In this document: piece by piece, positions 12,907-26,380 of the stretch | Layout: each line of letters begins with the position of its first letter | Numbering within the stretch: the first letter of the stretch is position 1 | Assembly: GCA_043228905.1 (NCBI GenBank) | Contig: JBHGNT010000013.1 | Coordinates: 6,262,001-6,326,000 of the forward strand | Source: Azolla caroliniana | Lineage: Eukaryota; Plantae; Polypodiophyta | Direction of reading: 5' to 3' | DNA length: 64,000 nucleotides | Notes under the pieces: generated by a model | What the model was told of the DNA's origin: nothing | The model's input: the letters and a program-made list of their open reading frames with translations, nothing else | Database searches by the model: none | Translations under genes and position numbers: made by a program

Positions 12907-15878
12907 CCGGTCCTTAGTGCCACTGACGTACCTGAGTACGCGTTGCGCGCACTGGAAGTGCTCCTCAGTTGGTCGCGCCATGAACTGACTAATCAAGCCA
13001 ACTAGGTAACTGAGGTCCGGCCGGGTGATAGTCAAGTATATGAGGCTTCCGACAATCTGTCGGAACCTTTTCGGGTCGCAGACCTCTCCGGAGTCGGGGC
13101 GAAGCTTCACGGTTTTGTCCAGAGGAGTTGAGATGGACTTACAGTCTTCCATCCCAAACTTGAAGAGCATACATACTCAGCACATAATGCCGTTGGCTGA
13201 TCAGTATGCCTTCGGGGGTTTGGATCACTTCGATCCCGAGAAAGTAATGAATTCCCCTAGGTCCTTCACATCAAATGATGCCGCAAGCTGGAGATTTACG
13301 CAGTCAATTTCACCTAGGTCAACGCCGGCGATGACCAAGTCATCAACATAAAGTAAAATACTAACCGGTCCAAGTCGACCTTGCCGGATGAACAATGAAG
13401 AGTCCTTGGACATCGCAAATCCCATCCGACGCAATCATTGTGTGATCTTCGCATTCCAAGCACGCGGGTTTGCTTTAGTTCGTAACGGGACTTCTTCAAC
13501 TGGCATACCGCCGAAGTGTTCGTTCCGGACTGAAATCCGGGGGGTTGTACCATGTACACTTGATCCTCAAGCTCGCCTTGCAGGAATGCATTCTTTACAT
13601 CCATCTGATGTAAGTGCCACCCCTTCACCGCAACTACCGCAAGTAAAACACGGATTGTCATCATCTTCACGACCGGCACAAACATCTCATCATAATTGAT
13701 GTCGTGTTGCTGCGTGTAGCCTTTTGCTACTAACCGGGCCTTTATCGGTTGATCGAGCCGTCGGTGTTGTACTTGATCTTGTACACCCACCTAGATACAA
13801 TCGGCGTCAACCAGGTCCCTGGTTTCATTCTCCGCAAGTGCGTTCATCTCTTCCTCCATGTCGGCATGCCGACTCGCGTCCTTTGCCGCTTCTGCGTAGC
13901 TCTCTGGCTCACGCACTTCCGCTACACATGTCATGTACGCATAGTGATGCGCCATGTACTTGTTGTATCCGAACCGCACAATAGGGTTCTTCTGGCAGGT
14001 AGATCAACGTAATTGCTCATAAGCTAATGTTGAGGCCGTTCTGGCCGACATGGACTTCCCTCTTGAAGGCCCGTCATCGCTCTTCTCAGAGTCAGATTCG
14101 CGTCGATCCGACTCATCTCTATCCGTGCCATACTCCGGCATCTTCTTCTTTCCCTTTTCTTTGCACGTAAGCCATCTCTTTAGCTTCCTGCATGGGGAAT
14201 GCACGACCGAGTCTCCACTACTCGCCGGCTCTTCATCTAATTGGTCAAATCGACTAAGTCGCTCATTCGGTCCACTTAGCCGAAATGAGATCGGACTCTC
14301 TTCAAGAGTTCCGACTTCATGTTCATCAGGAGGCATCTCAGCCTCGCTGACCTCATCTTCAGAACTCGGATTGGAGCTGAGGTCTGGAGTCGGAGGCAAA
14401 TACCAAGACGTAGACTCATCAAACACGACATCGCAACTTACGCAAGCTTGTTTGGTTTGGGGGTTATAACACTTATAACCCTTCTGTTCGTCCGAATAGC
14501 TAACCAAGATACACTTCTCGGCTTTCGTGTCCAACTTCCTCCGCTTCTCCTTTACCACATGCACATACGCAATGCTACTGAAAACCCTCCAGTCTCGTAG
14601 ATTCGGCTTCCTTCCGAAATACAGCTCATGTGCCAACACTTTTTCTCTGATTTGGGATGTAGACCGTGGTTTGGACCGCTTCAGTCCAATAGAACTTTGG
14701 CATGCTCTTTTCTTCCAGCATTTCCCGTACCGCTTCCACAACTGACCGATTCTTCCTTTCGGCTACGTCGTTTTGGTCCAGCGTATACCTGCAACTGAAT
14801 TCGCGCCGAATTCCCATTTGTTGCAAAGTAACTGTTGAATTGGCCGGAAAAGTACTCTTTTCCGCCATCCGACCGCATGCACTTGATCTTCCTGCCTGTT
14901 TCCCTATCGACAATATTTTTGAGGTTCCAGAAACAATTGAATATTTCACTCTTCTTTTCGATGAGGTAGATCCATGTGTGTCGGGTCTAGTCGTCGATGA
15001 AGGAGACGAAATATCAACTCCCCCCAAGACTCACATTCTGTGTTGGTCCCCATACATCTAAATGTATCAAGTCGAGCTTATTTCAGCTCCAATTACGATC
15101 GTTGGGGAAAGGAAGTCGGTGTTGCTTTCCTAGCTGGCAGGCTTCACAAATTTGGGCCTTTCGACCATTGAATTTTGGCAATCCGAACACAACTTGTTTC
15201 GATTGCAGGTCCTGAAGCCTTTGGTAGTTGATGTGTCCTATCCACTTATGCCACAAGTCGATATCCAACTCGACTTTTTGTCCTTTTGCGAACATGGCGG
15301 TGCCTACGTCATTGGTGTCGAGGATGAACATCCTCCCATCTCTGCGCCCTTGCGCAATAACTTGGCCTTCTTCCTTGATGAATCACCCGAGATGCGTGAA
15401 CCGGACTTGCATCCCTTGGTCGATGATCTGTCTGATTGACACCAGATTCATCGTAATTGTCGGGACGTGTAACACATTCATTAGTTTCCCTTTTTTCCCG
15501 ACGTCCCTAAGGGGAACTTCACCAACATGTACGATTGGATGCGAACAGTCGTATCCTGCTGCGACTAGTCCTGGTTGTTCCGGTTTTTCCAGATATGGGA
15601 CCACTCTTTATGGTTCGTCATATGGTTTGACGCTCCAGAGTCAACGTACCACACTTCGTCTGATTTCGGGGTGGTCTTCTTCATCGAGTTTGCCTCGTGT
15701 CTTGTCATGAAGGCTGCCCCCTTTCCGACTTTTTCGGATCCTTCGGCGTAGTGCGTCCACTGCCAATTTCCTTGTTCGGTATGTCCAGACCCGAATTTAG
15801 TTTTCTCCGAATTGGCGCGCTTCTTCCAGCACTCTCTCTCCTTGTGGCTTTTCTTGCCACAATACCAACATTCCGCGA

Positions 15879-16289
15879 TGTGAATGTTAAGGTGCAGAAT
15901 GGTTAGACAGAACCGGCTCAGCTAGATAGCAACAGAGAATAAGATGAAGATTTAATGGAGAACTTAATACACAGAGAATACGCGTGGGGGAGACATTAAA
16001 AAATAACACTCTAAAACGTTGTACATACAACGTGCTAAACAACACTATTTATACAAGTCCATAAAGGACTGACAAAAGTACTGACAAGTACTTCAATATT
16101 CCTACATGCGACTGTCACTAACTACGAGACAATGATTACCTAGTAGTCTAGGCTACTACTAGGCTTCCGGTTCCCACTCGAATCTAGTTCTCCAATCCGT
16201 CTCCCCGATATAGCCAGTTGTTTCCGGATACCGATCCGGCTTAGGCTTCTTCAGCCGATCTGGATCCGGTTGAGCTTGCTCGCTCAACA
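15879..16289 (-). mobile_element. Solo LTR of the copia D/E LTR family, inserted in gag of copia A
   Basis: TG..CA ends and TSD cgcga/tgcga. The reverse complement begins tgttgagcgagcaagctcaaccgga, like the LTRs at 35462, 47763 and 57505. Confidence 0.85.
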
Positions 16290-17625
16290 TGCGATGTGTT
16301 TCCCTTGTCGGTTCTCGTTGCCTCCTCGACTCCCCCTACTTCTGGAGGGTCCTGAATTGTTGTCAACATCACCATGATGCCTTCTTCCTTGCTCCTGTCA
16401 ACCACCTCTTTCACCACGACCACGGGGCCTATCTCCCTCCGTGTACAACATCTTGTTGTTGGCGTGTGTACTCGTCGACACACCCACATGATTCTTCTCT
16501 ACAAGGAGCATCAACTGCAAGTCGAAAAACAACGACATTTTCTCCATTGTACAAACAGCAGTTCGGAATGCTCCGAACTTCGACAGCAATCCTCCGAGGC
16601 TGATTTGTACTATTTCTCCCTCCTCAACATTCACATCGATGGAGGCAAAGGAGTCGTAGATATCCTTTATCTTGGAGGTGTAGTCAGCCACCGTCATGTT
16701 GCGTTGACGCACATTGCTCAACTCCTGTTAGAGTTGGAGCTTCCTACCTATGGTGCTTGCAGCGAAAATCTTTTTCATATTTCCCCAAGCATCCTTCAGC
16801 GTTCTTGCATCCCGAATGTAGCTCAAGAGGACGCGAAGCAGTAGAGAACTCTACTCACCGATTGTTCCCAGGCTGGGAAGTCTCGGTGCTGCATCATTCG
16901 CTCCATCGACATAGCTCCAGTATCCATGTCCGAGGAGGTACTGGTGCATCTTGTACGACCAAGATGCGTAGTTACTTCTGTCGAGCTTCTCTGTTGGAAG
17001 CGAACTAGCCATAGCTCTATCCATATTTTTTTTCCCTTTCTATTCTTCACTGAGATTAGGGTTTTTTTTTGTGTTACAAGCTGGAGTCGACTGTAGAGGT
17101 TCTCAACCCTCGCGCTCTAATACCATGTGAAATGTTATGTGTGGAAGCTATACGAAACACATAATACCAATAGAGAAAAAATAGCTTTAATGGACAACTT
17201 AAGACACAATGTATGCGGGAGAGACAAAGAGGGAAAAACACACAGAAAAACTAAATTCGAATAATGTGTGAACTCTGTACATAGGATGTGCTCAAAGGGC
17301 ACTTTTATACAAGTTCATACGGATTGATAAAAGTACTTCACACGTACTTCAATGCTCATAACTAAGCTCCTACACTAACTCCCAAATATATTCCCTCGCG
17401 GAATACCTGTTCCACGGCCTCCCGGTTTCTATACCGATCCGGCCTCTTGTTGCGCACCGGTTTACGCACCAGATTACGCACCGATTTACGCACTGATCCA
17501 GCCAATGTTAAGCTTGTATCTCAACACAACCCAATAGTCGGGGCTAGTATAAAAGGTCCTCGAGCACAAAATATATATAGAGAAGATACAGAGAATTATT
17601 TTTGAAATAATAGTTACGTTTTCTG

Positions 17626-17656
<31 letters not shown>

Positions 17657-20600
17657 TCCTTGTTTGTGATTTCTCTGTTTTATCGAACTATCGTAATTCT
17701 AAATCGTGTACTTAGTGTCTTACGCATACGCTTCCGCACACATATTCTTTTACATAGTATCAGAGCGTGAGGGTTGAGACTCCTTTACAGCCGACAGAAA
17801 AGCCTGCGATAAAGACAGAGTTAAGTTGTTGTTTTCGGAAAGGATAAGACAACAATATAGAAAGAGGAATGGGAAGCTCGCTACCGATTGAGAAGCTCGA
17901 TAGGAGCAACTACGCATCTTGGTCGTACAAGATGCACCAGTATCTGCTTGGTCATGGTTACTAGAGTTATGTCGAAGGAGCTAATGATGCAGCACCCAAA
18001 TGGACACACAGAGATTTTTCAGCTTGGGAACAAGCAGCAAGTAGAGCTCTTTACTGCTTCGCATCATTGTGAGCGACCAATTCTTGAGCTACATTTGGGA
18101 TGCCAAGACGCCAAAGGACACATGGGCGAATCTCAAGAGGATTTTCACTGCTAGCACAACGGCTAGGAAGTTCCAGCTCAGACAGGAGCTCAGCAATATC
18201 TGACAGAAAGATCTGTCTGTGGCCGATTACGCCGACCCCAATCAAGGAGATCTGCAATTCCCTCGCCTCCGTCAACGTGAACGTCGAGGAGGAAGAAATG
18301 GTGAAGGTTTAACTTGGAGGGTTAGCGTCAAAGTTTAGAGCATTCTGAACGGTGGTTTGCACAAGGGAGATTACGCCTTCGTTCTTCGAGCTTCAGTCGA
18401 TGTTGCTCATGGAGGAAAATCACGGGGGTGCGCCACCGAGTATGCACGCCGACAGCAAGATGTTGTACATGGAGGAAGACAAGCCCCGTGGTCGTGACGG
18501 ACGAGGTGAATTAGTGCGCAATGGTGGCGGTCGAAAAGAGCAGCACGTGCGGCATAATCGAAATGCCAGAAGCAATTCCGAACCCTTTGGAAGCAGGGGG
18601 AGTCACAACGGCGCAGGAAACGGGCAAGACAAGGCCGCGACGGAATGTTGGTACTGTGGCAAGAAAGGCCACAAGGAGAGCAAGTGCTGGAAGAAGAGAG
18701 CCGATTCGGACAAAGTCGGATCGAGTGGAAGAGACGCCGAAAGGCGTCAGAAATCGCACTACGCGGAGGGCTCCGAACGAGCTAGAAATGGATCGGACCC
18801 AACCTTCGTAATGAAGTACAAGGCCAATTGGATGGTCGTGAACACCTTGAAACCAAGCGAGGTGTGGTATGTTGATTCCGGAGCATCAAATCATATGACG
18901 AGTAATGAGCAATGGTTCTCGTACTTGGAGAAACCGGAAAAACAAGGAGTGGTTGAGACGGGAGACGACACTCCGCATACCATCAAACATGTCGGAGAAG
19001 TTCCTCTCAACCACGTCGGACAGAAAGGGAAATTTATCAATGTATTGCACATCCTGACAATAACCAAGAACCTGGTGTCGGTCGATCAGATGCAAGTTCG
19101 ATTCATGCACATCGGGTGCTACATCGAAGAGGAAGGCCACGTTATCGCACAAGGGTGCCGTGAAGGGAGGATGTTCATCCTCGACACCAATCAAGCCGGA
19201 ACCGCATTGTTTTCTAGAGGATAGAAGGTCGAGTCGAACATCGACCTGTGGCACAAGCAGTTCGGCCATGTTAACTTCCCATGGCTTAGTGAAATGCAGA
19301 TGAGGAACATTGTTTTCGGTTTGCCAAAATTTCAGGGCCATAATGGCCAACTCTGCGAAGCCTACCAACTCGGGAAGCAGCACCGACTTCCATTCCCCAA
19401 TGAGCATAATCGTAGTCGAAATCCGTTGGATTTGATCCATTCAGATGTGTGGGGACCGGCACAGAACGTGAGCTTCGGTGGTAGTCGTTATTTTGTAACC
19501 TTCATCGATGACTTCACTCGGCACACCTAGGCGTGCTTGATCGCGAAAAAGAGCGAAGTCTTCACGTGGTTCCTGAAGGTGAAGAGCCTTGTGGAAAGGG
19601 AAACTAGATGAAAGACCAAGTGCCTACGGTCCGATGGCGGCAAGGAGTACTTCTTCGACCAGTTCACGAGTTATCTAGAGAAGAAGGGAATTCAATGTGA
19701 ATTCTTGTGTAGATATACACCGGAGCAGAACGGCGTAGCCGAGCGGAAGAATCGGACAATCGAAGAAGCAACTAGGGCAATGCTTGAAGAGAAGCATATG
19801 CCGAAGTTTTACTGGGCTGAAGTCATAAAGAATCGGACCTTTGTGAATGGAGGAGTTTCGCCACACGAGTTGTATTACGGCAAGAACCTGAACTTGGCAC
19901 ACATGAGCATTTTCAGCAGCATCGTGTACGTGCATGTGCCGAAGGAGAAACAGAGGAAGTTGGACGCGAAAGCCAAATTCTGAAGAAGAGGTCAGCGAGG
20001 CCGAGCTGCGTCCACGTAATGAGGAAATCGGAGTTGTAACAGAGAGTCCGATCTCATTTCAGCTAAGCGGGCCGAATAAGGGGTTGAGCCGAGATGGCCA
20101 ACCAAATGAAGAGTCGGCAAGTAGTGAAGACTCGGTCGTGCTGTCCCCGCATAGAGAACCAAGGAGAAAGTTTACGCATAAAGAAAAAGGGAAGAAGAAA
20201 ATGTAGGAATATGATTTCGGCAGTGCCGAGTCAGACTGGAGCGAGTCCGACTTGGGGCCAATCGAAAAGGAATCTCCACGGAAGGGGTCGAAATTGAACG
20301 AAAAGGTGGTGGAATCGGGTAATCACGAATTACGCTGATCTACCTGCCTGAAGAACCCCGTACAGAGCTACGGGTGGCACACCATTATGTGTACATGACT
20401 CGAGTGGCGGAAGTGTGTGAGCTGGAGAGCTACGCAGAAGCGGCAAAAGACGCAAATTGGCGTGTTGCGATGGAGGAAGAGATGTGCGCATTAACATACA
20501 ATGAGACTTGGGACTTGGTTGACGCATCAAAGGGTGTAAAGCCGATCGGATGTAGATGGGCGTTTAAGGTGAAAGACAACATTGACGGCTCGGTTGCGAA

Positions 20601-21452
20601 AGGCTATGCGTAGAAGCATGGCGTAGATTACAAGGAGATTTCGACCCAATTGCGAAGATGACTACCGTGCGAGTTCTGCTAGCCGTAGCGGCGACGAAGG
20701 GGTGGGATCTACACAGATGGATGTAAAGAATGTGGTCATGCAAGGTCATCTGGAGGAAGAAGTGTACATGGTACAACCCCCTGGATTTTTATCCGAACCG
20801 AACACTTCAGCAGTATGCCGATTGAAGAAGGCGTTATACTGACTTGAGCAAGCCCTGCGAGCTTGGAACGCGAAGATTACGCAACGGTTGCGTAGAATGG
20901 GGTTTACGACATCAAAGTCGGACTCCTTGTTGTTCATTCGGCAAGGTCGACATGGATCGGTTTGTCTTTTACTTTATGTTGATGATTTAGTCATCGCCGG
21001 TACCGACCTAGAAGAAATCGGTCGTGTAAAGTCTCAGCTTGTGGCATCGTTTGAAATGAAGGATCTTGGTGACCTTCACTACTTCCTCGGGATCGAAGTG
21101 ATCTGTTCCCCCGAAGGCATATTGATTAGTCAGCGCCATTACGTGCTGAATATGCTCCTCAAGTTCGGGATGGCAGATTGTAAGCCCATCTTGACTCCTC
21201 TTGATAGAAATGAATAGCTTCGCCGAGATTCGGGAAAGGCGTGCGACCCGACACGGTTTCGACAAATTGTCGGAAGCCTCATCTACTCCCGGGGGCTTCA
21301 CTGTGAAAACTTGTATGATAGCACATGAGTTCATCAAAAGGGGTTTAAATTAACCATTGAGATACAAAATGTATATATAAGGGTATTAACAAATGCATAA
21401 AAAATATATTTACATAAGGGTATTATCGATTATGCTATAGAAAAAAATTACA

Positions 21453-21893
21453 TAAGCCCATGAAATATTAGATATTTCAATGAGATAATAAAGAATATAT
21501 TGTGCAGACAATAGTCAAATTTGGAGTGGCATACATACATATACATGCATACATGCATATACGTACCTACATTTAAATATTACATCCATAAATATGTATA
21601 TACATACATTACACCCATTTATACATGCATATTGACTAAACATGAAATATATACAAATATGTAAATGCACATGCATAGATATGTACATACACATACATAA
21701 ATACAAATATGTAAATGCACATGCATAGATATGTACATACACATACATAAATACAAATACGTAAATGCATACATGCTACATACATATTATAATAAGCCCA
21801 TGAAATATTAGATATTTCAATGAGATAATAAAGAATATATTGTGCAAACAATAGTCAAATTTGGAGTGGCATACATACATATACATGCATATA
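21453..21893. repeat. About 340-bp tandem duplication; the second copy is interrupted by the LINE and continues at 28140-28330
   Basis: ataagcccatgaaatattagatatttcaatgagataataaagaat...ggagtggcatacatacat occurs at about 21453 and 21793. The continuation after the LINE matches 21541 onward. Confidence 0.85.
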
Positions 21894-22033
21894 TTTTTTT
21901 TTTTCCGGGAAAAATATCCTTTCATTAGTTATGAACAACATTACAAAAAATTGACCTACCATCAAGCTACCATTGATCTGGTGCATTCTTCCTTAGGTCC
22001 CATCCCTCAACACTCCACCACTCCTTAACCAAG

Positions 22034-25000
22034 TTATGTGATTGGTGGTGGGAACAACCATACTGGTGGCGCTAAGCACCATTTAGGTCTTGAATTTTGT
22101 ATTGTGAGAAAAGGGGTCTTCTTCCAATAGACAATAAATTCGAGACGTTGCAACACTGCAACATCTGTCTCACCTTTAATATCCTCATACTGTCCTTTCA
22201 AGGTATGTACCATCTCCATCCAGACATTCCGTGTACTTTCCACTGGATGAATAGTAGTATTACCAAACACCTTAGAACACCTAGCAGTCCAAATAAACCA
22301 CATTGTGGTGGTGCATAGTAGCTCCCATACCTCTTGCATTGTCTTTAACATGTAAGGAGCCTCCATTTGACTTTGTTGCACCGCCATTATCCTTCCTCTT
22401 TGAATTCTAATAATCGTGTCATTTGGGCATGCATCATATGGCCACACCACTTGTGCCACTGTGGCCCATACTACCATACCCCACGAAAAACTGCAATCCC
22501 TAAACATAAAGGCAAGAACTCGGAACACTCGCCTCCAAACTTGCTGTGCAGCATGACATTCCCACAAGCAATGTTTCAATGTCTCCATCTGACAACAACA
22601 ATAGATGCATGCGGTCGGTGCAGCTGATTGTTGCAACCATTGGCCAATTGGCAATGCTCTATGTATTACTAACCATTGGAAGACATTTATTTTCATATCT
22701 TGCTTCCTTTTCCATAATGTTCCCCAAAACTTTGTTAGGAATTCCGATGTGATTCCTTGGTGGTTCCAAAATTGACTAGCTCGTGGTGTAGTCCTACGTT
22801 GAGCTGCCAAAATGTGTCGTCCCATCTTAACTGAATACTGAAAAAAACCATACCTTTTTCCCATACGATCAAACGGATCTTTCCACCAAAATTCTCCCGG
22901 ATCCCATTGCAATCTTATCAAAGGTTTCTTTTCAAAAACTCTCAGTTTCCAATGCTCCTTGACCGCCTCAACTTGTGGGTCGATGAGCCACTTAGATCCG
23001 TCATAAGCAAGGACCCTTATTTTAGAAAATGTAGCATATTGCAAGATCTCTGTTTGTATCGTTGCACTACTTATACTGCCATCTTCCTCCACCTCATAGT
23101 CTTGACATCGTCCGCAAGACAAATGTCCCCTTACCCCCACTAGCACTTGAAGCCTCGTAAATGCTCCTTCCCACTTGGGAGGGTTAAAGGACCATATCGT
23201 AACGTCAGAGTGCCCCAAAACTGACTGCACTTGGTCCCACATAATCAGCCCCCCTCTCAAGGAAGACAAGAATTCTGATCTGTCATTTATATTCAGAGTA
23301 TGAAATGATTTCCATGCATCAACGGACGCTCCTGGCCCTACATCGAGCTTGGCCCAATCCAATCGCGTTCGGGACCCCAACATGTGCCATGATGGCAAAC
23401 GCATATTCGGATTCCACACTAAGTTTTGTCTCAAGTATTCGTCCTCACATGTTGGTACACCATGTTCCAACCCTTTATGTACATGCTCCCATGCTCGTAG
23501 AAGACCATTAAAAAATTTGTCTTCCCAATTCCTAGACATAACATGTTTCTTGTCTGGTATAAAAATCCACCTTATGCTATCAGCCCATAATCCACCCATC
23601 GACGGAGCACAACTATACAATCTTTGCATAAGTAATTTCTTCCAAGGAGCATGTCCTGGTAAAAGGCCACGAATTATTAGTTTTGCTAACAAGGCCATGC
23701 ATTGGTCTAATGGATCTATAATCCCCAAACCACCGTATTGTTTTGGGGTTATCAATGTACTCCAAGCCACCTTCGCTCTTACATGACTCTTATCTTCCCC
23801 AGCCCATATAAAATTCCTAACCAGCCTTCGAATTTGTCCAATGCACGATTTTGAAAAGATCCAAGATGAGGCTATATACCACACCGTAGATAGTAGCACA
23901 TGGTTGGCAACTATCACTCTACCGGCCAAAGATAGTTTAGCATGACTCCACAAGAATAATTTTTTCCTCAAAGTTAATAGTAATGGTGCAGCATGTAATT
24001 CTGGAACCAAATCAATCCCAACCTGCACTCCAAGATATCGAACCGCAACTCCTCTTTGAGTCCATTGGAAAGTATGATGCGGTGCCCAACAAGGCGGCGG
24101 CTCCTTGCTTACCCAAAATGCAACAGTTTTCTCCCAATTTAACTTAGCTCCAGACGCTATACAAAACTGTGACAAAGCCCCTTGTACTTGTTGCAAATTC
24201 GTTAGAGTCCCATCCACATATAATGCAGTGTCATCTGCAAATTCCGAGTCCAATATATCTTGTCCATGCATTGGCATTGCCAAACCACGCAAGCCTATAG
24301 ATTGTGATGATATAAATGCATGCATTGCTTCCGCAAACAGAAGGAACAAAAATGGTGCAAGTGGACATCCTTGGCGAACTGATCGAGTAATGTTAAAACG
24401 AGGTCCTACTCCACCTGCCAACAACACCTGACTGTGTGCATTTCTATAAAGACAAGAAACACCTTTAATCCATGCCGTGTTGAAGCCCAAGTGATGCATA
24501 GTACCTTCCAAAAAATTCCAGTCAACCCTATCATACGCTTTCTCAAAATCTAAAAGCAACACGGCTAGATTTTGTTTGTTTTTTACCGCTACTGCAGTAG
24601 CCTCCCAAAATGTAAAAACATTATCCATAATACTCCTTTCCCTCATAAAACCAGTTTGCGATACATGAATTATCTTTGGTAATACCTCTTGTAACCGAGA
24701 ACTAAGCAACTTTGCAAATAGCTTATAACTAGTATTCAAGAGGGTGATTGGCCTCCACTTACGAATATCTTCTGAAACTCCTTCTGTTTTAGGTATAAGA
24801 TAAATAAGCCCCTCAGATAACGACATGGGCATCTCTCCACTTTCAAACATATGTTGGTAAGCATCTTTTAAGTCTTTCTTCAGTATCCCCCAATATTTCT
24901 TGTAGAATTTAGGTGTAAGTCCATCCACTCCAGGACAACTATTGTCCGATAAAGAGTGTAGCGCTTGTTCCGACTCCAATTCTGTAATAGGTGACAACAA

Positions 25001-26380
25001 TGAATCTTGCATTGCTTGAGTAAACTTGGGTTGAATTTCCGCCCAGAACTTCATTCTATTTTGGCTTATCTCCTCAGAGATAGGCTCTTCTGACAAAAGG
25101 GTAGCGTAGAATTTCGTGGCAATTACCCGCACAACATTTGGATCCATTTCAAGTTCGCCATTTTCATTCCGCAAACAACAGGTTACATTAGAGACTCTTT
25201 TGGGGCCTTTAATATTAAAAAATTGTTTTGTACATCTATCCCCAATTTGCGTCCATCTTGAAGCAGAATTGTGATACCTAAATTGACTACGACATTCTTC
25301 CATATGTTGAACTTGTTTTCGGGCTTCTTCAAGATGTGAAGCTATCCACGCACACTCTGGTCGACCCTGTTGCAATCTTTGCAAAGATATCAATCTTGCC
25401 CTCATCCTTCTTTCCTTCTCCAGATATTCCATATATTCAGATCTTGATTTTAACGCAAAATATTGTGATATCTCCGTCAAAGCACAAGCCACTTTGATTG
25501 TAATGGGAGCATCCATATTATCTTTGTTCTGCCAAATATCTGTCACTTGATTATACCATCTATCATGTAACATTACTTTTTCGGGTATCCTAAATCGTAT
25601 GGACTCCCTTTTCGATTGCCCAAAGGTTCTCAATATAACAGGAGCATGATCAGAGAAAGTTGTGCCTGGCATAATATTGATATTTCCCCCATTTAAGACA
25701 AAGGCCTCCCCCACATAAAATCTATCCAATCTTGAAAGATTGGTTCCAGCTATTCTCCTATCCGAACGTGAGAAACTCAAGGAATTCTGAGATCTATAAA
25801 CATTAGGCATATGCCATGCATCCAAAATACTCAATTTCAAACACATCCGTTCCCATACTGCTAATTCTTCCCCATGAATTGTTGAAACACTCCCACCTTT
25901 CCTATCCTCTGGGTCCTCAAGCATATTAAAATCCCCTGCAACACACCAATGAGACACATTTGGTAATGCATTTGTAATTTCACACCAAAAGTGTTTCCTA
26001 GCCGATGCATGATTTGGCGCGTAGATATTCAAGTAACCCCAAGTTGTATGTAAATCTTGTAATACAATATATTGTGCTCTTCCTGGCACAATGATCTCTT
26101 TGCATATAATACTTGATTTCCAATGATGTGCAATTGCCATACACACCCCGCCTTGTGTACCACTAGTGCCAATAGCTGGGGACCAAAACATCTCCCAACT
26201 ACCAGGTAATATAGTGCCATAGTTCCTTATTCTTTGCTCATTCAAATGATGTTCTTGAAACATCATAATGTCCAACGATCCATTCATGAGACACTTTTGT
26301 AATTCCTGCCTTAACCTACCTCTATATCTTCGGTATAAGGGACCTCCCAAGCCCTGAACATTCCATGTGAGGATCCTCAT
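22034..26380 (-). CDS. LINE ORF2: APE endonuclease, reverse transcriptase and C-terminal zinc finger (about 1448 aa)
   Basis: EN motifs MRILTWNVQG, GDFN, SRLDRFY and FSDH. RT motifs WRPITLLN, LDFEKAYD, QGCPLAP and FADD. C-terminal CIYC..ETLKHCLWEC. Confidence 0.96.
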   Translation of the reverse strand: MRILTWNVQGLGGPLYRRYRGRLRQELQKCLMNGSLDIMMFQEHHLNEQRIRNYGTILPGSWEMFWSPAIGTSGTQGGVCMAIAHHWKSSIICKEIIVPGRAQYIVLQDLHTTWGYLNIYAPNHASARKHFWCEITNALPNVSHWCVAGDFNMLEDPEDRKGGSVSTIHGEELAVWERMCLKLSILDAWHMPNVYRSQNSLSFSRSDRRIAGTNLSRLDRFYVGEAFVLNGGNINIMPGTTFSDHAPVILRTFGQSKRESIRFRIPEKVMLHDRWYNQVTDIWQNKDNMDAPITIKVACALTEISQYFALKSRSEYMEYLEKERRMRARLISLQRLQQGRPECAWIASHLEEARKQVQHMEECRSQFRYHNSASRWTQIGDRCTKQFFNIKGPKRVSNVTCCLRNENGELEMDPNVVRVIATKFYATLLSEEPISEEISQNRMKFWAEIQPKFTQAMQDSLLSPITELESEQALHSLSDNSCPGVDGLTPKFYKKYWGILKKDLKDAYQHMFESGEMPMSLSEGLIYLIPKTEGVSEDIRKWRPITLLNTSYKLFAKLLSSRLQEVLPKIIHVSQTGFMRERSIMDNVFTFWEATAVAVKNKQNLAVLLLDFEKAYDRVDWNFLEGTMHHLGFNTAWIKGVSCLYRNAHSQVLLAGGVGPRFNITRSVRQGCPLAPFLFLLFAEAMHAFISSQSIGLRGLAMPMHGQDILDSEFADDTALYVDGTLTNLQQVQGALSQFCIASGAKLNWEKTVAFWVSKEPPPCWAPHHTFQWTQRGVAVRYLGVQVGIDLVPELHAAPLLLTLRKKLFLWSHAKLSLAGRVIVANHVLLSTVWYIASSWIFSKSCIGQIRRLVRNFIWAGEDKSHVRAKVAWSTLITPKQYGGLGIIDPLDQCMALLAKLIIRGLLPGHAPWKKLLMQRLYSCAPSMGGLWADSIRWIFIPDKKHVMSRNWEDKFFNGLLRAWEHVHKGLEHGVPTCEDEYLRQNLVWNPNMRLPSWHMLGSRTRLDWAKLDVGPGASVDAWKSFHTLNINDRSEFLSSLRGGLIMWDQVQSVLGHSDVTIWSFNPPKWEGAFTRLQVLVGVRGHLSCGRCQDYEVEEDGSISSATIQTEILQYATFSKIRVLAYDGSKWLIDPQVEAVKEHWKLRVFEKKPLIRLQWDPGEFWWKDPFDRMGKRYGFFQYSVKMGRHILAAQRRTTPRASQFWNHQGITSEFLTKFWGTLWKRKQDMKINVFQWLVIHRALPIGQWLQQSAAPTACIYCCCQMETLKHCLWECHAAQQVWRRVFRVLAFMFRDCSFSWGMVVWATVAQVVWPYDACPNDTIIRIQRGRIMAVQQSQMEAPYMLKTMQEVWELLCTTTMWFIWTARCSKVFGNTTIHPVESTRNVWMEMVHTLKGQYEDIKGETDVAVLQRLEFIVYWKKTPFLTIQNSRPKWCLAPPVWLFPPPIT

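Larger units (their letters stand above)
10498..17526 (-). mobile_element. Ty1/copia LTR retrotransposon A (degenerate), inserted in the 5' LTR of B
   Basis: LTRs are 10498-10884 and 17126-17526 (TG..CA). TSD is cagcc/caacc. The iMet-type PBS is at 17114-17125 and the PPT at 10885-10895. RT (LLYVDDL), RNase H (KHIEVHYH) and integrase fragments lie on the minus strand. Confidence 0.92.
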
